Part shown: positions 31,406 through 42,969 of the stretch, piece by piece
Numbering within the stretch: the stretch's first letter is position 1
How the letters are laid out: each line of letters begins with the position of its first letter
NCBI GenBank assembly: GCA_012295275.1
Contig: CM022675.1
Span: 13,702,001-13,766,000, forward strand
Source of the DNA: Chrysomallon squamiferum
Lineage: Eukaryota; Animalia; Mollusca
Length of the DNA stretch: 64,000 nt
Direction: 5' to 3'
Program-made: the position numbers and the translations under genes
Notes under the pieces: generated by a model
What the model saw: the letters and a program-made list of their open reading frames with translations, nothing else
What the model was told of the DNA's origin: nothing
The model's database searches: none

Positions 31406-33265
31406 GTGTATGTATGTAAAATGAGGTGTATTACATTCAGAAACAAATGTAAGAAACAAGGAACTGTTTGGAATTAAAACAAATGAAAAGTTAACTGTAC
31501 AAAGTGAGTTAGCTAAGGTCTTCCAGAGATAAACATATGAAAAGATAACACATCTGTACATTTAACTTCATAATCTGAGCAGACTGCAATCTGGCGGATA
31601 TAAACAAATTGGACGAATTATTAAATATGTGAAGTAGGCATATGACTTGATGGCATCTACCTAATGTCGAAAAATCAGGGGGTTTTTGTTGTGACTTTTA
31701 TGTCTGTTTATTGTTTTTTTGTTGTTTTTTGTGTTGTTTTTGTTATTTGTTGTTGTTTTTTTTGCTATATAATGCAGGAACAAAGACTTCTGTACAGTTG
31801 GGAATACTGGCACACAAAAGAAATGCAAGTATGTTAGCTGAAAATACATAAGTTGGGTTCTGGGGTGTTTTGAATCTTTTTCCAATGTAATCAGATCTAT
31901 TTAACATCACAAAATTCTCTCATATTTACAAATATTAGCTTTAAGAGTGACTAAAAAATAATAATAAAATAATAATAAAATAAAATACATGGAAAAAAAT
32001 TAATTGGATCGGAAATTAACAAAGAAGAAAACAAAGAAGAAACAAAATAAGAAATGAAGGAAAGTATGAAAGAAACAAATCTTGAAATTAAGACTGAAGA
32101 AACAAAACAAGAAAAGTAAATGAAAGAAAGAACAAGAAAAGACAGGAACACGGAAGAAATTAAAGAAGAAATAAAAAGAAAAGGACAACAAGGATGGATG
32201 TTTTACAACACATATAGTTCTGTGGTATGAAAACGAAGAAGAAACCTGCAGCTGCCATTTCAAGGGTTACTCCCTCCAAAAGTGGCTGGAATGGGCTATA
32301 ACTCCTCTGAGACAAAATTGTCCTGTGATTATATTACACGTAAAATATTTCTAGATATTTACAGAAATTATACAACTTCTTAAATCTGAATAAAACAAAA
32401 CTAGCTAGCAATACTCCAAACCCATTAAACTTTACAAGATACATTTCAGAGCCACTGGTTAGACTGGGACTGTGGCTGACTGAAATGTGTTAATTACACT
32501 GGACTGAAGGTTACTGCACTACCCATAATGCACTATAAACATGTAACAATATACCATGTTAATAAATGAAAAAAAGTATGGAATGTCACAAGGGACATCA
32601 CACAGAAAAACATTAGTCCAACATTAATATACAAAGTTACAGGAAGCTGTATCAAGCATTAATCTGTACTAGCATTAAAGTCAAAACTATGGAGGGACAT
32701 GTGGGACAGATATGTAACTTAACAATATATGGTTATATCAGAAATACATTTGTTTCAGTGGTAATGGTAATCAGAGTGTATTAATGAAAATTAAAAACAG
32801 ATTTAAAAAAAAAATACTTGTTATGTACATCAAGATAGCAGTTTATGCTACCATTAAACAAAACTATGGTAGGTCTGTTGGAACATAATAATACAAGCTG
32901 TGCTATTAACAACTAAAACTATGAATGGTGATTTCAGACATTTTAACTTTTGCCATTTAAGTCCATGGAACAGGCAAACCTGTGATAATAATCAAAACCC
33001 CAGCAATTTGTGATGCATGATGATGTTACTAGTATCAAATAATCTATACAAAGTTAAAACTTTTAACTGTATAAATATGTAACAGACAACATTAAATAAT
33101 AAATTATGCAGATATGTAAATTTGTGATATTATCTTATGCTGTGAAATACACTAGTTATCTTCACTTGTGTGTTACATATTCATACTTTTTTACTGTTTA
33201 TTTTTTACACAACATAATTATGGAAACATAACCATATAATACAGATAAATACACATTTTATATAC

Positions 33266-33396
<131 letters not shown>

Positions 33397-34154
33397 TTTA
33401 TTAAATTATAAATTTACAAAAACATCAGACACCTATGTTTAATGTCTATAGAAAGACAGAAAATGATAAATAAAAATGGATTATCTATGGATTATCTATG
33501 GATTATCCCCTATGATGCAGTGGATATTTCCAGTGTCAATAATCAAGTATTAATCTAAATATATTTATATATTTACATCACCAATGCAAGTTGAGTCACC
33601 AATTTGTTTTCAAAATCCACCTGAAAAGAAAAAAGAAAATAATTGAAATTATAAAAAGTACAATTGTAGTAATGTTTTTATACTTTACAATATAGTTAGT
33701 ATAATAATTTCGTAGGTAAAATATAAAATAACTTTTCAAATAAGGAAATGTCAATGATAAATAAATAAATAAAGATAGAAATAAACAAATAAATAAATAA
33801 ATTAATTAATAAAAATAAAAAAAATAAAAATAAATAAATTAATAAATAAATAAATAAATAAATAAATAAAGTAATATAATAATAAATAAAATAGAAGATA
33901 AATAAATAAATAAATAAAATAAACAAATTAAGTCAATAAATAAACAATAAAAGAGTAGATTAATTATGTTTTCCTGGCTAGGATGTGAAACTCAGAGTGT
34001 GCAGTAACTTTTACAACAGTTTAATTTTGAAACAAATCTTTTCTGAAGATAACATGTGAACATGTCATTCATGGTCAGTGACACAAAATGTGAACAGAAC
34101 TGATTATATCAGTGAAACAAAGAGACTAAATAGATTACAGCTATCTGATTACAG

Positions 34155-34290
34155 TGATTCAACAACAATGAATGGGTCATGTGACCTTGATGATTCAAAC
34201 TGTGAATTTGTCATGTGACAACTGATTCAACAACAATGAATGGGTCAGGTGACCTCAGTGATTCAGACTGTGAATTTGTCATGTGACCTG
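34155..34290. repeat. ~67-bp tandem duplication with a degenerate continuation
   Basis: gattcaacaacaatgaatgggtca.gtgacct...gattca.actgtgaatttgtcatgtgac x2. Confidence 0.8.
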
Positions 34291-34857
34291 AATGATTTGA
34301 TCAAATAAACCTATAATATTTGAAAAAAACAAAAAATAAAAAATAAAATAAACTAAAAAATAAAATAACATGATAATGATTAAAATTGAAATATATGTGA
34401 ATACTTCTAATTCAGCGATTCAACAAAGATGAATTTCAGTTCAGATGAAATTTTCCAAATAGCTCAAATGACTTTGATGATTCAAATTAATTATATGTGA
34501 ACAACTCAAATGACTTGAATGACTCAGACTGTGTATTTGTGAATGATTTATACTCACAGAGGATATTTTATGTGACTGAGTGAAAATGAATGACAGGTGT
34601 ATAAAATTCAAATGCATTTAATTCACATAACCCTTGTTGATGATTTAATAGGCAAATGGTTCAAATAACAAACATTCATGTGATTTCAATGATTGTAATT
34701 AAATGATGATTTGGAAAACAATTTTAAAACACTTGGTAAGTTTCTGTGTTTTAGTGGGTTTTACTATCATTTCTGATCTGCTGACAACAATAAATAAATT
34801 AGCTTAAAATATAAAATAAAAAAAATTTAAATTAAAAAAAAAAAGTAAAAAAACAAA

Positions 34858-34890
<33 letters not shown>

Positions 34891-35194
34891 AAAAAAAAAA
34901 AAAGAAAATAAAAAATAAAATTGAAGATAAATAAAATGGTGGAAATGGTATTAATAAACAAATAATACTATAAAGTAAATTTTAAAAAATGCAAGCTGAA
35001 CTACAACAAAACTTTTGTGATGTATTTAAAACGTAACATATTTTACTATTATTATTATTTAGCTGCAGTAACAGTAGTAGTAGTAATAGTAGCAGCAGTA
35101 GTAGCAGTAATAGTAGTAGTCTTGTCAGATGACTACAGAAACAGGGTGTACATATGTTTTAAGCTGGCTGTAATTAACACCTCTGTTCGCAGTG

Positions 35195-35780
35195 TTCAGT
35201 TCTACACAGAAAATCCAACTGAGTTTTCATTCCATACAGGATCCTAGCTATACATTTGATTCTACACAGGATCCTAACTATACATTTGATTCTACACAGG
35301 ATCCTAACTATACATTTGATTCTTCAGAGAATATCCAGCTAAATACATTTGATTCTGTACCTATCAGAATGCACGTTTCTATACAGAATATCCAACTGTA
35401 TATTTGATTCTATGCAGGATACTGAATTGGAATTGTATACAGGATATCCAACTAATAATTGATTCTACTTTGATTATCCAATTGTATATTTGTTTCTAGA
35501 GAAGATATCAAATAGTACATTTGATTCTATACACAACATCAAATTGTATATTTTGATGCTATACAGGATACCTAATCATGTTTCATTTTATACAGCCATT
35601 CAGTTGCATATTTGATTCTATACAGGATAATCAGTTATACAATAGACTGTAAACATATCCAGTTGTGCATGTGACACTATATGGGATATCTGTTTATTTC
35701 TTTCTGTACACGATATCCCACTACATTTGATTTATACAGGATATCATATTGTATATTGGTATCTCATTATATTTAAGGAT
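35195..35780. repeat. Degenerate 30-bp minisatellite
   Basis: tacatttgattctacacaggatcctaacta unit, near-perfect at 35235-35325 and decaying outward. Confidence 0.85.
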
Positions 35781-37006
35781 ATCTAATAATAAATGATATT
35801 CTGGCCAAAGTATTTAATTCAAAAATGGAAAAAAAGAATATATCTCATCTCATTCACAGTGTTCTGTGTGTAAAACACTGTATACAAAATCTTCCAGAAC
35901 ATGGCTTAAACTGTCTTCCATTTTTTTTGTAAACTACACTGAATGGAAATTTTATTTACAACAAGAACTGATTCTGTGTCTTACAGGCAAAAGTCTGTTC
36001 AGTCTGTAGGACTGAGTTAGTCTACTCATTAAATAAGTTTTACAGATTTTAATAATCCTTTATTATTATTTTTATTATTGTTGTTTCAGTGTTCAGAAAA
36101 CAATTACTGAAAGAGATTTCAGTTGGTGAACATTTTTGCTGCTTATTTTCAAAAATCAGGGAATGAGAACAGAATTTTGAAAATTTTCATTCTGTGCCAA
36201 TGTTCAAGAATAAGGGCTTGAAAGGGGATAATATACATACAAACAGACAGACATCTGCATTTAGCATTCAGAGACATCTCTGTCTGTCTGCCTCATTTCA
36301 AAATGGATCCCAGTTTCATGTTACTCAAACACATCCAGTTCATCTTTTCTGTGTTATACAGTGAAACCTGCGTGGACAACCACTCAAGATACCAGACAAA
36401 ATGATGGTTGTCATACAGAGCAAGAAACATTGAGTAGAAAATATCAAGATCAGTATCATGTTAGAAATAGAGGTGGTCACTACAGACAAGTGGCTGACAT
36501 ACAGAGGTGGTTATTACCAAAAACTAAAATAATGATGATGATGATGATGATGACGGTGATGATGATGGTGTGGTGGTGGTGGTGGTGGTGGTTATGATGG
36601 TAATGATAAGGATCAAACAACTAAAAAAATGAACACAAAACAAATAATAAACACAAATATATATATTAATCAAACAGGATATAATGTATGAAAATGAAAA
36701 ATACACAAGAAAACGAAACTAAGAAACTGAAAAACAAAAACAACAGAATAATTATGGCAAACATTATGTGGATTATCACAAGGAATCAATGCAGCATGCT
36801 GCTAAACACAGTCTACATAACACAAGTCTAGTCTACTCCACAATGTAACAACACTTTGTAGAAAACAAAATAATCTAAAACAAAGGCTTTATATGCGTGT
36901 TATTTGTGTGTACGTGTGTGTGTGTGTGTGTGTGAGAGTGTGTGTGTGTGTGCACATGCATATACACATAAAACACACATACAAACAAACACAGGGTATA
37001 GCTGTT

Positions 37007-37127
37007 TACTGACTTAAGATATCAGCTTTATGCTGTGAAGATGAGAATGCTAAACTGTAATGTGACTATGCCGAGCTGCACTCAACACTCAACTTGAACA
37101 GAATAAATCTGATATCTTAAGACAGTA
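37007..37127. mobile_element. Short foldback/MITE, copy 1 (TA-flanked, Tc1/mariner-like)
   Basis: tactgacttaagatatcag...ctgatatcttaagacagta: 18/19 inverted match. Confidence 0.65.
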
Positions 37128-37255
37128 GACAGTTATTCCTTTAATCCTGCAATGAAATTAAATGTTTTATTTACCAACTTGCAAACATGGCAAGTAGTAG
37201 ATTGATGCAGGTTGACTTCACTGTCACCATTTGCTATTTCTTAAAGCCTTCTGTT

Positions 37256-37286
<31 letters not shown>

Positions 37287-37939
37287 CTGTGTGTATGTGT
37301 GTGCGTATGTGTCTGTGTGTATGTCTGTGTGTGTGTGATTATTATTATTATTATTATTATTATATAAATATTAACATTTTGGTCACCCTGAATTAAGCAA
37401 GCTATTTGACTGTATTTACTATCACAAAATAATAGTACAAACAAACAGTAAAACTGGTATACCACCAAGAAGTTCAAAACAAGTCTTACAAATTACAAAG
37501 ATTACAACACTACCCAGCTACAAACACAACACATATATAAAGAATTTTAAGTATTTTTAAAATGTGTAAATAAATATACATGTGAATTTTAACGTGTCTG
37601 TTAAAATCATATAATTATGGAATAACAAGAGAAGTTTCTCGTTAACAATAAATAAATTTTCAGATATAAATAAATAATAAAACTGTTCTTATGAGAAAAT
37701 TTTATGTTAATAACAAATATATTTTTTTAATATTTTTAAATGTCTTGAGTAGAAAATAAATAATAAAAAAATAAATATTGCAATAATAATAATTAAAAAT
37801 AAACTTTAAAAAGTCCAAAACAAACTATAATTTATAAAAACCCAGATACAATTAGCAAAATATATACTAAACACTAATGCACTGCAAAGTATAATATATA
37901 TAAGTACATTTCCCAGAATATACATAGGAAATAACTTGA

Positions 37940-38044
37940 TACTGTCTTAAGACATCAGATTTATCATGTGAAGGTGAGAATGCTGAATGCAGCAAGGCTA
38001 TGCCAAGCTCAACCAAATAGGATAAATCTGATATCTTAAGACAC
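37940..38044. mobile_element. Short foldback/MITE, copy 2
   Basis: tgtcttaagacatcagatttatc...gataaatctgatatcttaagaca; interior and right flank similar to copy 1. Confidence 0.6.
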
Positions 38045-40481
38045 TTATTTTTTTTATCCTGCAATCCTACACAATACAAAACTAAATAAAATAAACTGTT
38101 TAATTCTTGACAGTAGTAGATTCATGTGTAGTGACAAAAACTACACATCACAATAAAATAGGTCTTCAATCAGAACTGTCTGTTTTAAAAAAAAAATGAA
38201 AACTGTTTTCAAAATGATCTTTTAAGATTTAAACCAGATCTTAACTATTAGTGAAATAATTTTGTAACTTACAAAATAGCTCTAACACAAAAAATTATAG
38301 AAATATGTCTACTTATCATATTATGCCACAATTCATAGTGATTGCAGGATAAATGTAAATATGTGTATGTGTATAAATATATGTGACCAAACACATAAAA
38401 CTCAGGAATAGGACAGGACTGGTGAAGCTGGTAATTCAGCCTCAAAATAAAACAATGATGTTTTTTGGATGGAAAAATCAGTTTTGAGATGTTGGCATAT
38501 TTAGTTAGTTTAGTTACTGTAGATAATTGTTTTGCTATTTTAACATCATAAAACAACTAATAAAAAACAGTAAATACATAACATTAATAAGAACCTGTTG
38601 ATTTCAGAGACCACTAACAACAAGAAAGTGTTTAATTCAGAAGCTTTGTGACTGCAGTATGTCCTGCCTATTATATTTACACTGTTCTGACTATTATGGG
38701 ATGTATTTCCATGAACGAAATATCTTAGATGTCTTACATATAAAGCCAACAGGAAAGTTAGACACTGCAGACAAAATATAAACAAAAGGGTGCTGTCTCT
38801 GTAAAACATAATTACATGATTTAATTTGCCTCTTCTGATTGGTTTAGAGAGTTAAGATGACCTTTTAACACTAGCAACAGCATATCTGTCTTGTATAAAT
38901 ACCAGCAACTGATACATCAAGTTTAAAATAATGGTCAATCATTATATTAACCTTTTTTCAGGTTTTTAAAATGTTTGAATGTGGGAAATCAAGATCACTG
39001 TGTTTGCTTTGTATCATGTTTATGTCTGAAAATTCATAGACCTTTTCTTTGAAAACACAGTAACTTCACAACCAATTAAGCTAGACATTTATACTTGGTA
39101 CTGTTGAAAAGTCAATAAAATTATCCTTCACATGAAACCTTTAACTCAGAAGTTCCCTCCTTATTCCTGATTTTGATGTGCTGAGTCACATATGAATATT
39201 CTTATAGGCATCAAAACACAAATGCATATTTGTCATGCAACATCTAAAATTTGAATTTTGCATGCAGTCTCGTTATTCACTAGCCCTAATAAATACTGTT
39301 TCAAGAAAAACTATATATCTGTGCACCTAAATATATACATGTGTATGTCTCTGCTTAATTACATACATATATATATACATACATATATACAAACATATAT
39401 AACTAATATATATGTATTAGTTAATAACATTCACATAAAATAAAAAAGATAAAATATAATTTAAAAAATGCTTCAACTTAATTAATACATAAAAGTGTAT
39501 TTAGCAAAAATAAAGGAAAACATCTGTGTATCAAAAATAACTGAGACAGAAGGGCAAAGGTCATGACCTGTTTGCACTATGTGGTTGGGTGTACAAATGA
39601 ATTTACTACAATTTGTGTATAATAATTTTAAAAAAAAAAAAATGTTAACAATAAAGGGATGAAATAATAAAAATATAATGACGCGAAAAATATCAGATGA
39701 TTTTAAGAAAATAAATAATGACTGAGTTTACAACAATAAACAAAAACAAATAAATAAACAAACAAACAAAAAACAAAAAACAAAACAAAATAACAACAGA
39801 AAATGAAAACTACACTAACGATTAAAAAGATACATATAAAAAACACACACCCAAAAACCACCCTTTAAAACAAATAATGTAATAGGTAAATGATTAAAAA
39901 TAATAAACGTATAAAAATTTCAACAAAAAAAGTAAGAATAAAAATAATTAAAAAAGATAAATAAATGAATCACTTACATTCAACAGAAATAACATTTTAA
40001 CTTTCTCCTTTCTCTGTTTTACAAAAGACAAAATAAAAATAAATAAATAAATAAATAAATAAGAACTGTTTTTATGGAATTATGGTTATAAATAATTCTG
40101 TGGTTTAGTTTTAAATGTTTAAAAAGTTATTATTGCTTGTAAAAATTGAAAAAATAAGTTTATTAACTTAAATAATTTTTCTAAATATCTGATTCTATTT
40201 TTATTATTATTATTTTGTTTTAAATAATAGTAATAATATTTGTAGTAGTAATAATTAATAACAACAACAACAACAATATTAATGATAAATGAATAAATAA
40301 AAAATTTCATATATAAATTAATTAAGCATTATAAAACTATTGAATAGCAATGTTAAAAAAAATAAAATAAATTAAATTAAAATAAAATAAAATAATTAAA
40401 CTAAAATGAGATAACAGCAAACCAAAAAAGGAACAACAAGCAAGTATCTTCCTTATTCAGTCTGATCGTTCAGTAAGTGAA

Positions 40482-42071
40482 TTAGACGTTGGACTCAAAC
40501 GAGACAATTCTGCGGTAGACGGGGGTGTACACGACGTTGGCGTGTGTTGTTCTGTGCGCTGGAGAGCGACGTTTGCGAGGGATGTACACGTAACGTGGAG
40601 GGAAGCTGTCGTAGGGAACGTCAGCAGGTGACGACTGTAGTGACAGTGAACGTCTCAGGGGACACCTGTACTCTGAACGACTTTCTAAAGAGTACACCGA
40701 ACCTGCTGTGGGGTCAGGTGAACGGGTCGTGGCACTATCTCTACAGGGAGGTAACTCAGATGGAGAGCTGTATGGGGAGACAACTCATGCTGTGAATATG
40801 ATGGGGAATCATTGGAGGAAGACAACCCTTGACGTGAAAATGATTGGGAATTAACTGAGGGAGATAACTCATGCGGTGAATATGATGGAGAACTATTTGA
40901 CGGAGACAACCCATGTGATGGGAAATGACTACTGGAGGGAGACAACTCACATGGACTCTCAAACGGTGACTCTGGAATTGTTGGTGACTGTGGTGTGGCT
41001 GGATTTGACGTCATTCTCTTTATCTGTCGCTTCGCTTCTTTCCTCGGACTGACGGGGAAGGGAATGGGGGAGGTGCGACTCGGGGACGGGGAGGTGGGTG
41101 ACGGCAGATTCTTCAGTCTCGAGAAGAAACGACGTGCTCCGGATTTTCTGGCGCTTGGCGACGTTGGTGACTTCGGTCCCCCAGAGCCTGGCAGAGTGAG
41201 AGTATTCAGACTGATTGTGTTGGCATTGGCAGAAGTAGCAGTTCTGTTATCAACTACTACATCGCTGTTCACGTCCTCTTCCTCTACCTCTTTAGGAAGA
41301 AACGCTCCCACTTCCACAGCAACAATGGATGCGTGGTCGAGTTTTCCAGGTGCCTTCGACATCTTCTCGACTATTTCCGAGTCCCTGCGACGTCTTTCGG
41401 TGGAAGTCATCTTTCGCCGGGCATAAAGAGCCGGGTTTTCCAGAATCTTCCGCTTCGAGTCGGTCAGGGTGAGTATGTGCTGCACCATGGCCCCACACAG
41501 CTCTTGGGCGGAGACTTCCTCCTCCATAACCAGCTCGTACTCATGGACTATCCTCTCCATCTCCTTCATCGAGTAGATGTGCCGTTCCCGTGGCGACATC
41601 TCCGGTTTCGAATGCATTAAAATGTACGGGTCTGCTTCCGGGTTGTTCTCGATGGACTCTCCAGGAGGTTTCTTAGGCAGCGCTATTTTCGTGACCACAG
41701 GGTCGAAGTTGTCCGACACGCCGTCAGTCGTCAGGAAAACGATGTCACCAACGTTGCTGAAGGTCAGAGAACAGGTCAGATTGTGCAGCTCTGGGTTTTT
41801 ACCATCGACAGGTCCGAGGGCTCCACCCGCATCTCGAATGTCCCGCTCGCTCTTCACGTCGTGGGAGCCTACTGTTACCTCTCTGATGCCGTTGTTGTGG
41901 CTGAAGACAAATGCGTAGCTGTCAGCCGACGTTGACACAGCACACAGCGTACTGGTCTGAGTTGGACACGGGACACACGAGACAAGCACACATCGTCGTC
42001 AAACCTCCTTCTTTAGCCAGAATTGTACGATGAGCTTCATCAAACGATCTTCTCAAAACCTTCATAGCGTC
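40482..42071 (-). CDS. PP2C-like gene terminal exon (1590 nt to the final stop), with a +1 disruption at ~41924 and a -1 disruption at ~40775
   Basis: atcag|GAC GCT ATG... reads DAMKVLRRSFDEAHRTILAKEGGLTTMCACLVCPVSNSDQYAVCCVNVG*; homology continues in the +1 frame (ORF 40685-41989: DSYAFVFSH...); the final segment is back in the original frame (ORF 40482-40697, ...RRIVSFESNV*). Confidence 0.85.
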
Positions 42072-42204
42072 CTGATAATAAGAAAATCATTTCTTTTATA
42101 ATAACAATCATCATTATTATCATTAATATAACAACAACAACAACAATAACAATGATAACAGTAAAAATCATAATAATAATAATAATAATAGTATTAGTAT
42201 TAGT

Positions 42205-42241
<37 letters not shown>

Positions 42242-42772
42242 GTAATAATAATAATAATGACAATGATAATAATACTGATAATAGTAACAGTAATAATAAT
42301 AATAATAATTATAGTAATAACAATTTAAAAAAAAAATCAAATTCTATTGTGATAGTAATAATCAAACAGACTATTATTATTATTATTACAACATTACTAT
42401 CAAGAAGTAATACTACAAATAATGCTATTACTAGTGTTACTTAATTACTGAAATTCTATCACAGGAAACAACTGATTAAAATAAAAAAAAATAAAAAAAA
42501 TTCTCTACACACATGTTATTATAAATTCCAGTATCTCTAAGACAAGGGACATAACTGTGTCTGACCTGCGTGGAAGCAATGGGGCGTTTGTCGTTGAACA
42601 GCCTCTTGTTGATGTACTTCATGCTGCCGTGCAGCGCACAGCGTGCAGCCAGGCGTGACTTCTCACCCCAGTTCACACCGTCTGCGATGAGGAGTATTGT
42701 GTTGTTTTTGCGAGCACAAACAGCAAATGCATCGGCAATTGGGTCTCCTACAGAAGTAATTTTTTATTTTAT

Positions 42773-42808
<36 letters not shown>

Positions 42809-42930
42809 TTGTTTCATGTGTATATGTTAGTATATATATTTTTTGCATTTACATTTGTATATAGATTTATATATATTTTTCTATATATATTTAGATAGTT
42901 GTATGTGTTGATACATATATTTGTATGAAA

Positions 42931-42969
<39 letters not shown>

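Noticed and set aside
40995-41918. Plus-strand ORFs (143, 95 and 113 aa)
   Set aside because: Antisense shadows of the GC-rich PP2C-like exon.
41922-41924. In-frame TGA as selenocysteine or stop-codon readthrough
   Set aside because: Homology continues in the +1 frame, not the same frame, so readthrough cannot restore the protein.
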